DNA of 63,068 nt, filler included, from Octopus bimaculoides (lineage: Eukaryota), in NCBI RefSeq assembly GCF_001194135.2. It is 6 parts of 6 records of this genome, joined end to end, with 100 filler letters (N's around TTAATTAATTAA, not from the genome) between each part and the next. Parts side by side here need not be neighbours in the genome. Positions count along the whole stretch, not along the records: positions 35,262 to 43,572 come from NC_068994.1; positions 43,673 to 52,700 come from NC_069010.1; 4 more parts are not named here. The stretch is one strand, 5' to 3'. The notes under the pieces are model-generated. The model did no database searches and had not been told where the DNA came from. It worked only from the letters and a program-made list of their open reading frames with translations. Made by a program: the position numbers and the translations under genes. Below, in pieces: positions 38,205-50,040 of this stretch (position 1 is the stretch's first letter; each line of letters begins with the position of its first letter).

Positions 38205-38375
38205 CAAATTTTGACACAAGGCTAGCAATTTCAGGGGCTGGGTGTAAGTTGATTATGTTGACCTCAGTGCTCAACTGGCGCTTATATTATCTACCCCCAA
38301 ATGATGAGAGACAACATTAACCTTGGTAAGATTTGAACTCAGAATGTCTGAAGAAATGATTCTGCCAGATTGCCA
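38205..38375 (-). mobile_element. OR2-like SINE, degenerate
   Basis: GCTTCAAATTTTGACACAAGGCTAGCAATTTCAGGGG tail and GATTCTGCCAG head in reverse orientation. Confidence 0.7.
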
Positions 38376-39059
38376 CTATTTACAAGGTCCAATGATGATA
38401 ACATTGTTGTTTGACCCCAGGGTACTCCATGATGAAACCAACCAGGGGTCTTCCTGACATGACCTGTCATAGTAATGTGAGGACTCTATTGTTCAATGCA
38501 TAATTCTTGGTGCGGCATTCATTGTTAAATCTTCTACCAAACTTCTTTGTAGCCATGACAAGAGATTTCCAGAATATTCTATGATCTACAGCCATTGCAT
38601 GATGGGGCGAGTGAGAAGTCACAATTGGAGAATTGGGGGGGGGGAGAGATTGTGGAGGANNNNNNNNNNCAATTGGAGAATTGGGGGGGGGGGGAGAGAT
38701 TGTGGAGGACTCAAAATTTTCTCTAACCTGTTATGATTGTTGATTATGGTGGAGGATTGTGAGGGGACAGGCATACTAAAGAACAGACCTAGTATTTCCT
38801 GTGACTGTTATAAAAAGGCGAGTAAATTAAGTCGAAGTGGGAGTCTCTCCACTGGGTGTGATTGAGTGTAATAGTATGTATGTACATATGTGTGTGTGTG
38901 TCAGTGTATGCATGTATGTGGTCTGCAGAAAATGCACCCTCCAACATATATATATATATATGTGTATGTATGTATAAATGAGGAAAGGTGGTCAAGTAAT
39001 TATAGGTGCAAGACATACTCTTAGGTGAGATGTTACATATTTTTATGGGGTGTAAACTA

Positions 39060-39747
39060 ATCTTTACAGCTGTTTCAGATGTTGAATGAATTGTTGGTGT
39101 TATCATGCATATTATGCAAGGTAACATTACTCAATAACATATAAGGAAACATAATATCAAGACAACGAATCTTAATACATGAGTGACTTCATGTGACAAA
39201 CACAGAACATTCTCTTCAGAAGGGTAAATGAAAAATTAGATATGGGAAACAATAAGTAAAGGTAAGGTTCTTTTTCTTTTCAATATCTTGCTCTCTATAC
39301 AGTTTCTCACTACCTCTCCTGCTACACCTTCAAACCAATTTCTTCCTATTTCTCCTTCCATATTTTTGCCCCAACTTCCTCTACTCCATCTCACTCTTTG
39401 TCTAGCTAACATACTAACATTTCCCTGCCTTGTGTTTTGTCTCTTTTCCCTCTCCTTCTATATATCTCCCACAATAATCTTCCCTTTCTGATCTAATTTC
39501 TCAATTCCAATATCTATGAGAAATATTATTCATCCTGCTATATTTACCATTACCCTTCTGCAGAGAATGTTCCATGTTTTGTTACATGAAGAGGTATCCA
39601 TACATCAAAATTCAAGTGTGTCTATAATATGATTGCTTAGATACTTTTGAGTATTATTATTCCATAATATACAACTTGTACATCTACTTACATAATATAC
39701 ATTACAACTTCAATCATTCACCACATATTTGAAACAGCTGTAAAGTA
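39060..39747. repeat. Diverged inverted repeat pair (39060-39232 and 39545-39747), probably Penelope pLTR remnants
   Basis: Both arms carry CTTTACAGCTGTTTC and CTTCATGT.ACAAA.AC..GAACATTCTCT.CAGAAGGGTAA in opposite orientation. GAAACAGCTGTA is the 3' half of the hammerhead at 26846. Confidence 0.65.
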
Positions 39748-39961
39748 AAATCTCATATAAATGTATGCCTTACATCTATAATTGTTTTTCCATCTTCCCT
39801 CTCTCTCATCTGCTCAAATTTTGTGTAGCTTCTACTTCATCTGTTTCTGGATTGCTTTACTCTGATTAAGAATTTGGTGTTTAAGAATTCAATCTATCTG
39901 GATGCTAATTCAGTACCTATCTATTATTCTATGCCTGCATCCACATCTTCCCTTCACACCC

Positions 39962-39996
<35 letters not shown>

Positions 39997-40107
39997 ACAC
40001 ATGCACAGTCACACACAACCATCTACATACATGCATATTTATATATACATATATATCTACACACACATATATAATTATGTAAATGTGTGTGGTGTGTGTC
40101 TGTGTGC

Positions 40108-40137
<30 letters not shown>

Positions 40138-40143
<6 letters not shown>

Positions 40144-40207
40144 ATTTGGGGATGGTCATGTGTTTTTATTGGCTAAACTGGCAATATGACCATCCCCAAA
40201 TACAACA
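40138..40207. repeat. Perfect 22-bp inverted repeat with a 26-nt spacer (collapsed MITE-like)
   Basis: TGTTGTATTTGGGGATGGTCAT (40138-40159) is the exact reverse complement of 40186-40207. Confidence 0.9.
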
Positions 40208-40860
40208 TGTTTCAACACACGATTTCATATAAAAAAATCTTGCAAAACAAATAAATATATATATATATATNNNNNNNNNNATATATATATGTATTTATGT
40301 ATGTATGTAAATATGTATGTATGTATGTATGTATGTATGTGTGTATGTATGTATGTGTGTATGTATGTATGTGTGTATGTATGTATGTGTGTATGTATGT
40401 ATGTATGTATGTATTTATTTATTTATGTGTTTCAGCCAAGTGGCTGCGGTCATGCTGGTGCACCGTATGTATGATATTAGGCTTTCTCGTTGACTAAAGT
40501 GAAGCTGTGAAGTTTCCACAATGTAAGTAATTGTCAGAGGAGTGGTTTCTGCGTAGATCAGTCTGTGTTCCAATATTATACCATAATATTGTTGTAATTA
40601 AAACAAAAATAAATAAATATAAGAAACAAAAAAAAAAAGTTAAATAAGAAACAAAAAAAAAACAAAAGAAATTTAAAAACACAAATGAAAAGAAATCCCC
40701 ATAAACAAACTTTTGAAGCTTGGTTGGGTGCCAAGCAACCCTTAATCTGATACACACACACACATGCATGCATGCACACACACACACACGCATGCACACA
40801 CACATGCACATACACACACGTATATATGTGTCTGTGTTTATAAATCCTTATCTTTTATCT

Positions 40861-41193
40861 TTTTACATATTTCAGCTACTAGACTGTGGCCATGCTGGGG
40901 CACCACTTTACTCAAACGAATTGGCTCCAGTACTTTTAAAGCTTAGTACTTACTCTATTAGCCATTTTTACTGACCCGCTAAGCTTCAAGGATGTAAACA
41001 ACCCAACACCGGTTGCCAAGTGGTGATAGGGGACACAAAGACACACACACACATACACATATATGATAGGCTTCTTTGAGTTCCCCTCTATCAAATTCAC
41101 TCACAAGGCTTTGGTTGGCCCAGGGCTATATAGTAGGAGACATTTTTCCCAAGGTGCCACACAGTGCGACTGAACCCAGAACCATGTGGTTGG
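40861..41193 (-). mobile_element. OR1-like SINE
   Basis: Reverse-oriented tail (GACTGTGGCCATGCTGG), body and tRNA-like B-box (CTGAACCCAGAACCATGTGG). Confidence 0.8.
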
Positions 41194-41804
41194 GTGTATA
41201 TATAACAACCATGTGGTTGTTTGGTATGAAATTGTCGAACCCTCATACATCATCTAACAACAGGTGAGTCCATTATTGTATGTATGTATGTATGTAGAGA
41301 GAGAGAGAGATGGCGAGATAGAAATGCATACATATCTATGGACAAGTATTTGAGTATATATATACACACACACACTTACATACATATGTATATTTGCATG
41401 TAGAGAGAGATATATAGATAAGCACACATCTATGACTATATTGTGTGTATATATATACACACACACACACATTTAGTATGTACAAGCCTCCTCCTTCTCG
41501 TCTACTGTTCACACTTAAAGTGAACAGATGTTACTACTTTAAGGAAAAAGAAAATGGCGAAGAATAGGGTGGTTTTACTGAGCCATATTTTTGTATTTCT
41601 TTTTTTTTTTACTCGGGAAACGGAAATTGTGATAACGTCAAAAACAAAAAAAAATCTTTTTTCAAAAGAGTCAATATTTTTTTTTTTTTTTTACATTTTT
41701 GCCCTCCAATTCCTTATCGCTTTTCTTCCCTATGAGGTAGAGATAGCTATATCGGAAGTCCAGTCTACTAAAAGACGTACAAGCAAAAGCTTTCCAGCCT
41801 TGAC

Positions 41805-42280
41805 TGTTGTTGTTGGCATTCCGTCGCTTACGACGACGAGGGTTCCAGNNNNNNNNNNNNNNNNNNNNNNNNNNNNNNNNNNNNNNNNNNNNNNNNNNNN
41901 NNNNNNNNNNNNNNNNNNNNNNNNNNNNNNNNNNNNNNNNNNNNNNNNNNNNNNNNNNNNNNNNNNNNNNNNNNNNNNNNNNNNNNNNNNNNNNNNNNNN
42001 NNNNNNNNNNNNNNNNNNNNNNNNNNNNNNNNNNNNNNNCGTGACACAGTGTGACAAGGCCGACCCTTTGAATTACAGGCACAACTGAAACAGGAAGTAA
42101 GAGTGAGAGAAAGTTGTGGTGAAAGAGTACAGCAGGGTTTGCCACTATCCCCTGCCGGAGCCTCGTGGAGCCTTAGGTGTTTTCGCTCAATAAACACTCA
42201 CAACGCCCGGGGTGGGAATCGAAATTGCGATCCTACGACCGCGAGTCCGCTGCCCTAACCACTGGGTGATTGCGCCTCCA
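41805..42280 (-). mobile_element. OK-like tRNA-derived SINE (gap-interrupted)
   Basis: Reverse complement head TGGAGGCGCAATCACCCAGTGGTTAGGGCAGCGGACTCGCGG with A/B boxes and an (ACA)n tail; homologous to 44851-45220. Confidence 0.88.
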
Positions 42281-43747
42281 CTCAGCCTTGACTAGCCCTT
42301 TCTTTTCCCACTGTCTAATGTGTCCATCCGGTGTTAAGATAGCGACGAAGTTGTTCAACACCTACAAGAACAACAGCCTTAACTTTTGGTACAAAAAAGA
42401 AGACTTTTAGAAATAAAATATTTTTTAAAAAAAATCACTTTCCATATCCCACCACTAATATTAATTAAACTCAGTTTAATTAATCTTAATAGTTACTAAG
42501 AAAATGATTTTTTATAATTTGTAAATTGGGCGAGAGCATAAGATTATTTTGTGTTAGAAGCCAACGACGATATTTACACAATGTTTACATACTTTACTAC
42601 ATAAATTAAGAGCATTTGCCTGCTATTTCTAGCAATCCAAGAGATACAGCAAATGAACCTTGTGAAAATGTTGCTGTTCAATTCCAGGTTATTCTTGACA
42701 AACAGCTGAGACTGTACAGTATGTTATGGGTGTACTGCAGGATCCTCAAACACCGGTTTACATAGCAAGAATAAATTTATAAATTTTATTTCTATTTTAT
42801 TGATGTTTACAGGGCGTTTTATTTTGAAAACCGACCACTTCCGTTAGTACTACTTTTCAGCAATTGTCTGACAGTTTTTGACAGGCTAACTGAAAAAACA
42901 ATAAGGACACTACATTCCATTACTGTTTTTTTAAAAAAGTTCTAGGAATAATCTCATGATTTGTAGAGTTTACACGATAACAATTTACTGCATAATATTT
43001 TGTAGAAAACTGATTTTTCAAAGTTCATTTATGTAAGTCATCTCCCGGTTCGTGGTAGAACAGACGATCTTTATCTTTAAGCATAGTAAACTACAGAAAT
43101 AATAGTGAGTCCGGGGAAAGTACAAAAACAGACTTGAGTATTTCATGCAAGCGAAACGAATACGTTAAAGCTTAAAAGTCAGTTATTAACTATTATTATA
43201 GATTTCTCTTAAAGTGTATGCTTTTTCTTATCAGAAATGTTTCCTTTACTACGATGCTAGCGTAACATCTTCAAACACTTCGGCGACTTAGCTATAAAAA
43301 GAGAAATCTATAATAACGATATTAAATAACTGACGTTTGAGTCTTAATCGGGATACACAAGTCTATTTTTGTATACTCTCGGAGTGATTTGCTTCCAATA
43401 TCCCTTAATGCAGCATTTCTCAACCTAGGGTTTCGCGAAAAGTTTCTCGGGGTTCCACAAGAAAGAGTGGGATAAGCCAATGCTAATTTCATGGTCGTAA
43501 TATTACAATACACGCATAACACATTATTGGTTATTGTAATATTGACATCATCCTATGATGTTATTAAATATANNNNNNNNNNNNNNNNNNNNNNNNNNNN
43601 NNNNNNNNNNNNNNNNTTAATTAATTAANNNNNNNNNNNNNNNNNNNNNNNNNNNNNNNNNNNNNNNNNNNNTATATATATATATATATATATATGCACA
43701 CATACATACACATGTATATCTATAAACACATATGTGTGCAATATGTA

Positions 43748-43964
43748 TGAGGGGGTGCTGAAAAATTCCTAGCTTTAAGAATATCATGAAAGGCCTGGTT
43801 GGTGGCTCAACCATCTGAGTTTTTTTATAGGGCTTAGAAAACCTGAAGGACCACTGCAATGAATGTGTGAATCTGAGAAGTGAATATGTTCCATAAAATT
43901 ATAAATAACTGATCCTCCTGTATTTTCTTTTACCCAAAGCCAGGAACTTTTCAGCGCCATCTTG
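43748..43964. mobile_element. Mariner MITE
   Basis: TA-flanked TIRs of about 29 bp (TGAGGGGGTGCTGAAAAATTCCTAGCTTT / AAAGCCAGGAACTTTTCAGCGCCATCTTG). Confidence 0.85.
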
Positions 43965-44071
43965 TATAGCGCTATTCTAATGTCCAAGTGTGGATATTTC
44001 TTTAAGAAAGTAAATAATTATGAAATATTAAAAATAAAGTTGTTCTTTGAGCACCCCCTCATGTGTGTATG

Positions 44072-44104
<33 letters not shown>

Positions 44105-44491
44105 ATACAATGTTTCTCGTATCAACACGTACCATCTTGTGACGATGTAAACTTTAAGCTAAACAAGATATCCTTGGCCTGAAGAATAGCCAGCTGCATA
44201 CACCTCACTTGCATTTTACCACTTCTGAGGTTCCGCTCGCTATGAAACATATGTAGCATGGATCCTTCCAACTCCATTCTGTAACTCTTGTATTTTTGTT
44301 TGCACATCTGCCAACCTTAATTGCCTACCATGGAATATAAAAGAACTTTTTTCAGCTTCTCATTTTTTGATACGAAAATAAAATCCCCAACCTTCTGTTT
44401 CAATAAACCATTATTGTCCCTGAAAATTGTTATTTTTTTGTATATTTACTATGTATTGTTTGAAGCTAACTTTCTTCCTACACCTTGATCC

Positions 44492-44555
<64 letters not shown>

Positions 44556-44768
44556 GTTATGAGTGGTAATGGTGTCAATTAGACGCAGAGGTTTCAGGTA
44601 ATGCTGAGTAAGTGCTATGGATAGACCATAGTTGAGCTCCAGGTTCAGTGATTATGCGAATAAGGAGTCCAACGCAGGTCATCTATCAGTGTGTGAATAT
44701 AAGGATTTACTTTTCGTGATGAGATAAAAAAACCAAGGCTGTGTATATTTTAGAACATTTATAAATAG

Positions 44769-44816
44769 GTCTTACAGCTGTTTCCAGGATATTTTTTATA
44801 TCCCTTCATCAGAGAT
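44769..44816 (-). ncRNA. Minimal type I hammerhead ribozyme (Penelope pLTR type)
   Basis: Minus strand: atct-CTGATGA-AGGGATAT(A5)ATATCCTG-GAAAC-AGCT-GTA-agac. The catalytic core is intact; the stem II closing pair is an A-G mismatch and stem I is only 3 bp. Confidence 0.75.
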
Positions 44817-44850
44817 GGTGTGAGAGGATGGTTAAGCAATAGTTACATAT

Positions 44851-45220
44851 ATGGCCCAGTGGTTAAAGCAGCAGACTCACGGTCATTGGATTGTGGTTTC
44901 GATTCCCAGACCGGGTGTTGTGAGTGTTTACTGAGCGAAAACACCTAAATACCCATGAGGCTCCAGCAAGGGGTGGTGGCAAACCCTGCTGTACTCTTCC
45001 ACCACAACTTTCTCTCCCTCTTTCTTCCTGTTTCTGTTGTACCTGTATTTCAGAGGGCCATCCTTGTCACACTCTGTGTCATGCTGAATCTCCCTGAGAA
45101 TTACATTAAGGGTACACATGTCTGTGGAGTGCTCAGCCACTTGCACGTTAATTTCACGAGCAGGCTGTTCCGTTGATCGGATCAACTGGAGCCCTCGTTG
45201 ATGTAACTGACGGAGTGCCA
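44851..45220 (+). mobile_element. OK-like SINE
   Basis: ATGGCCCAGTGGTTAAAGCAGCAGACTC...GTTTCGATTCCC head, body and GGAGTGCCA tail. Confidence 0.88.
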
Positions 45221-45612
45221 CGCATATACATACATGCATGCATGTATATATATATACACACTAAAAAGTCTCCCTCATACATTGACAGAAATGCATGCAT
45301 ATGTATATATACAAGTATGTACATACATACAGACATGTACATCCAACCATCCACACATACATAGATGCATAAATACACATATACATACAAAAGCACATAC
45401 ATACATGTCCATGCACACATACATTCATACATATATATGTACGTGTGTGTGCATGTGTATGTGTGTGAACATGTATGTATACATATATATGTAAATACGT
45501 GTGTGTGTATGTATGTATATACACACATACATTTTTGCTATATATACTTACATACAAGCATACATGCATATTCATATGATAAATGCATACCTACTCAAAA
45601 CTTACATACACA

Positions 45613-45651
<39 letters not shown>

Positions 45652-45897
45652 CAAGCATAAATACTTCATGGCCATAGCAACAGCATTGGTTGAAGTTAAT
45701 GGTGCCATCTGGTGAGTGTATGTGAGATAAGTGAAACGATGATAGGAGTTTGGTTGTTCCTAAGTGGGAAATATGACCAAGGAAAATAACAACCAAATCT
45801 CCCTCAAACTGCAGTGACTTTTTTTACAGTGTTAACTGAAAATTAGCACATTTTAACTGTGTGTGTGTGAAGAGATATATATTCGCACATATATCTC

Positions 45898-46340
45898 ATT
45901 TCTTTATTGCCCACAGGGGGTCTAAACATAGAGGGGACGAACAAGGACAGACAAAGGGATTAAGTCGATTACATCGACCCCAGTGCATAACTAGTACTTA
46001 ATTTATCGACGCCGAAAGGATGAAAGGCAAAGTCAACCTCGGCGGAATTTGAACTCAGAACGTAACGGCAGACGAAATACTGCTAAACACTTTGTCTGGC
46101 GTGCTAATAATTCTTATTTCTTTATTGCCCACAAGGGGCTAAACATAGAGGGGACGAACAAGGACTGACAAAGAGATTAAGTCGATTACATCGACCCCAG
46201 TGCGTAACTAGTACTTAATTTATCGACCCCGAAAGGATGAAAGGTAACGTCGACCTCGGTGGAGTTTGAACTCAGAACATAATGGCAGACGAAATACCGC
46301 TAAGCATTTCGCCCCGCGCGCTAACGTTACTCGCCGCCTT
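45898..46340 (-). mobile_element. OR2-like SINE dimer (two copies with the AATAAAGAAA tail)
   Basis: Two near-identical units of about 220 bp, joined at about 46113. Confidence 0.9.
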
Positions 46341-46802
46341 ATTCGCACATATATCTGTATGCGTGCGTGTGTGTGTGTTTGATCGTCACCATCATCATCG
46401 TCATCATCGCTATCATCATCATCATCATCATCGCTATCACCATCATCATCATCATCGCTATCATCATCATCATTATCATCATCATCGCTATCATCATCAT
46501 CATTATCATCACTTCCGTGCCAGTATAGTTTCTATGGCTGGATGCCTTTCCTAATGCCAACCTCTTTCCATTGTGTGCTGGGTTCTATTTACATGGCACC
46601 AGCATGTGTGCATCTATGTGACACCAGCACAGGTGCATTATATGTGGCACTGGCACTGGGAGAGAGAGTGGGGCATGGCCATAAAGAACATGCCTGTATG
46701 TAGGGATCGCCACAATTTTACTAAGGTTGATGTGTCATCTCAAGCACAACAAATTACCTCAAGTCTCCATCGCTTGTCATCTCCTCAGTGTGTGTGTGTG
46801 TG

Positions 46803-46964
46803 GGTGCAGGAGTGGCTGTGTGGTAAGAAGCTTGCTTCCCAACCACATGGTTCCGGGTTCAGTCCCACTGCGTGGCACCTTGAGCAAGTGTCTTCTACTA
46901 TAGCCTTGGGCCGACCAAAGCCTTGTGAATGGATTTGGTAGACAAAAACTGAAAGAAGCCTGTC

Positions 46965-46995
<31 letters not shown>

Positions 46996-47021
46996 AGGGG
47001 AGAATTCACAANNNNNNNNNN

Positions 47022-47071
<50 letters not shown>

Positions 47072-47180
47072 GAGTGGTTGTGTAGTACCTTGGGCAAGTA
47101 TCCTCTCCTATAGCCATGAGCCAACCAAAGCCTTGTGAGTGGATTTAGCAGACAGAAACTGAAAGAATCCCATCGTATAT
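46803..47180 (+). mobile_element. Two partial OR1-like SINEs (46803-46970 and about 47073-47180)
   Basis: GGTGCAGGAGTGGCTGTGTGGTAAG head through GGAAACTGAAAGAAGCC-like body, ending at the internal (TA)n. Confidence 0.8.
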
Positions 47181-47263
47181 GTACATGTATGTATGTTTGT
47201 GTGTGTTGTAGTTGTGAGTGTGTTTGTGTGTCAGAGCTTGCATGTCTATGTATGTGTGAGTGT

Positions 47264-47550
47264 ATCATCATCATCATCGTTCAACATCCACTTTCCATGC
47301 TGGCATGGGTTGGACGGTTTGACTGAGGACTGGCTGCACCAGGCTCCAATCTGATCTGGCAGAATTTCTACAGCTGGATGCCCTTCCTAACACCAACAAC
47401 TCTGAGAGTGTAGTGGGTGCTTTTATGTGCCACCAGCATGAGGGCCAGTCAGGTGGCACTGGCAATGACCACGCTTGAATGGTGCTTTTTATGTGCCACT
47501 GACAAGGGAGCCAGTCAGATGGCACTGGCAATGACCACGCTTGAATGGTG
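47264..47550 (-). mobile_element. RTE-type 3' UTR with a minisatellite of about 66 bp running into a gap
   Basis: (CAT)n tail; two units GTGCTTTT(T)ATGTGCCAC...GACCACGCTTGAATG, then N. Confidence 0.75.
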
Positions 47551-48638
47551 NNNNNNNNNNNNNNNNNNNNNNNNNNNNNNNNNNNNNNNNNNNNNNNNNN
47601 NNNNNNNNNNNNNNNNNNNNNNNNNNNNNNNNNNNNNNNNNNNNNNNNNNNNNNNNNNNNNNNNNNNNNNNNNNNNNNNNNNNNNNNNNNNNNNNNNNNN
47701 NNNNNNNNNNNNNNNNNNNNNNNNNNNNNNNNNNNNNNNNNNNNNNNNNNNNNNNNNNNNNNNNNNNNNNNNNNNNNNNNNNNNNNNNNNNNNNNNNNNN
47801 NNNNNNNNNNNNNNNNNNNNNNNNNNNNNNNNNNNNNNNNNNNNNNNNNNNNNNNNNNNNNNNNNNNNNNNNNNNNNNNNNNNNNNNNNNNNNNNNNNNN
47901 NNNNNNNNNNNNNNNNNNNNNNNNNNNNNNNNNNNNNNNNNNNNNNNNNNNNNNNNNNNNNNNNNNNNNNNNNNNNNNNNNNNNNNNNNNNNNNNNNNNN
48001 NNNNNNNNNNNNNNNNNNNNNNNNNNNNNNNNNNNNNNNNNNNNNNNNNNNNNNNNNNNNNNNNNNNNNNNNNNNNNNNNNNNNNNNNNNNNNNNNNNNN
48101 NNNNNNNNNNNNNNNNNNNNNNNNNNNNNNNNNNNNNNNNNNNNNNNNNNNNNNNNNNNNNNNNNNNNNNNNNNNNNNNNNNNNNNNNNNNNNNNNNNNN
48201 NNNNNNNNNNNNNNNNNNNNNNNNNNNNNNNNNNNNNNNNNNNNNNNNNNNNNNNNNNNNNNNNNNNNNNNNNNNNNNNNNNNNNNNNNNNNNNNNNNNN
48301 NNNNNNNATATATATATATATATATATACATGTATATCTAAATATATATAGATATATACATATATCTACATACATATGAATATATGCACACACATATATA
48401 CACACGCTCACATATATACGTACATACACACATATATACATACATATATGTATATATATAAATATATGTATATATATATATATACATACACACACACACA
48501 TATATACACGTTTGTGTGAACACAGTTATTTCTATTTCTCTCTTTTCTATTTCTTTTTGTCTGACCCTTTGTCTTTTTGCATCTCTCTCTCTCTTTTTCT
48601 CTGTCTACCTATCAGTCCTTATATCTATCTATCTATCC

Positions 48639-48680
<42 letters not shown>

Positions 48681-48725
48681 ATATATATATATATATATAT
48701 ATCCATCTATCTCTCTCTCTCTCTC

Positions 48726-48762
<37 letters not shown>

Positions 48763-48969
48763 TATCTATCTATCTATCTATCTATCTATCTCTCTATTTA
48801 TCTATCTATCTATTTGCATGTGCGTGTTTTTTTGTGTTTTTGTGTGTGTGTGTGTATCAGCTTTGTTGATCAACTTTTACTCTCTCTCAGGCTGGTATAT
48901 GTACATATATATATAAATATATGTATATGTGTGTGTGTGTGTGTCTGTGTATATATATATATATATATA

Positions 48970-49373
48970 GGTGCAGGAGTGGCTGTGTGGTAAGTAGCTT
49001 CCTTACCAACCACATGGTTCGGGGTTCAGTCCCACTGCGTGACACCTTGGGCAAGTGTCTTCTACTATAGCCTCCGGCCGACCAAAGCCTTGTGAGTGGA
49101 TTTGGTAGACGGAAACTGAAAGAAGCCTGTCGTATATATGTATATATATATATGTGTGTGTGTGTTTGTCTCCCCCCCTCCACAACATCACTTGACAACC
49201 GATGCTGGTGTGTTTACGTCCCCGTCACATAGCGGTTCGGCAAAGGAGAGACCGATCGAATAAGTACTAGGCTTACAAAGAATTAAGTCCCGGGGTCGAT
49301 TTGCTTGACTAAAAGGCAGTGCTCCAGCATGGCCGCAGTCAAATGACTGAAACAAGTAAATGAGTAAAAGAGT
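48970..49373 (+). mobile_element. OR1-like SINE, full length
   Basis: tRNA-like head (A box TGGCTGTGTGG, B box GGTTCAGTCCC), internal (TA/TG)n and AAAAGAGTA tail. Confidence 0.92.
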
Positions 49374-49789
49374 ATATATATATATATGTCAACCTGTTGA
49401 CTATGAGTTCCCCCTCTTTTTTTTTTCTCTTTCTCTCTCTCTCTCTCCTCTCACAAACTCACTTAGCCAACCTACCTCCTGTCATCTNNNNNNNNNNNNN
49501 NNNNNNNNNNNNNNNNNNNNNNNNNNNNNNNNNNNNNNNNNNNNNNNNNNNNNNNNNNNNNNNNNNNNNNNNNNNNNNNNNNNNNNNNNNNNNNNNNNNN
49601 NNNNNNNNNNNNNNNNNNNNNNNNNNNNNNNNNNNNNNNNNNNNNNNNNNNNNNNNNNNNNNNNNNNNNNNNNNNNNNNNNNNNNNNNNNNNNNNNNNNN
49701 NNNNNNNNNNNNNNNNNNNNNNNNNNNNNNNNNNNNNNNNNNNNNNNNNNNNNNNNNNNNNAAGTTAATAATTAACTCTGACAAAATAA

Positions 49790-50040
49790 ATTGGTTAATA
49801 GATACCAGGGTAGCAAAGATCACAAAATGACTGGTGTAACTCCTGTTTATGAGGTAGAAACTCCTTGTTATTTTGGGCAATTGAGTAAATATATAAATTT
49901 AGTAAATGGAGTAAAACGCATATGTTAACTGAAAACTTTTATTTCCAACATATGTTTCGAAGATTACAAATTATACCTTCCATAGGAATAGATAAGAATG
50001 TAATCTTCTCTTCAGGGAAATACATGGGAACCAGCTTAAA
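49790..50040 (-). mobile_element. Penelope pLTR remnant, same family as 22900-23140
   Basis: Sequence downstream of the hammerhead (AACATATGCGTTT, TTCTACCT, TGTGATCTTTGCTACCCTGGTATCTATT) aligns by eye with 22990-23140. Confidence 0.7.
49940..50022 (-). ncRNA. Intact minimal type I hammerhead ribozyme
   Basis: Minus strand: TATTTCC-CTGAAGA-GAAGATTAC[32 nt]GTAATCTTC-GAAAC-ATAT-GTT-GGAAATA. Perfect 7-bp stem I and 9-bp stem II, all core nucleotides present, palindromic stem III. Confidence 0.9.

Noticed and set aside
38619-38709. Direct repeat of about 40 bp around a 10-N gap (same pattern at about 56860-56952)
   Set aside because: Typical unmerged contig overlap; assembly artefact.
44122-44307. 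Minus-strand 61-codon ORF ending at a donor-like G|GTACGT
   Set aside because: It does not resemble the expected upstream VPS54 sequence or any protein I recognise, and no convincing acceptor partner was found.
46339-46560. Poly-His / poly-Met ORFs
   Set aside because: A (CAT)n-derived expansion at an RTE-type tail; no splice or homology support.
48970-49050. tRNA-like A/B box sequences (many copies)
   Set aside because: These are SINE heads continuing into SINE bodies; there is no complete cloverleaf, so they are not called tRNA genes.
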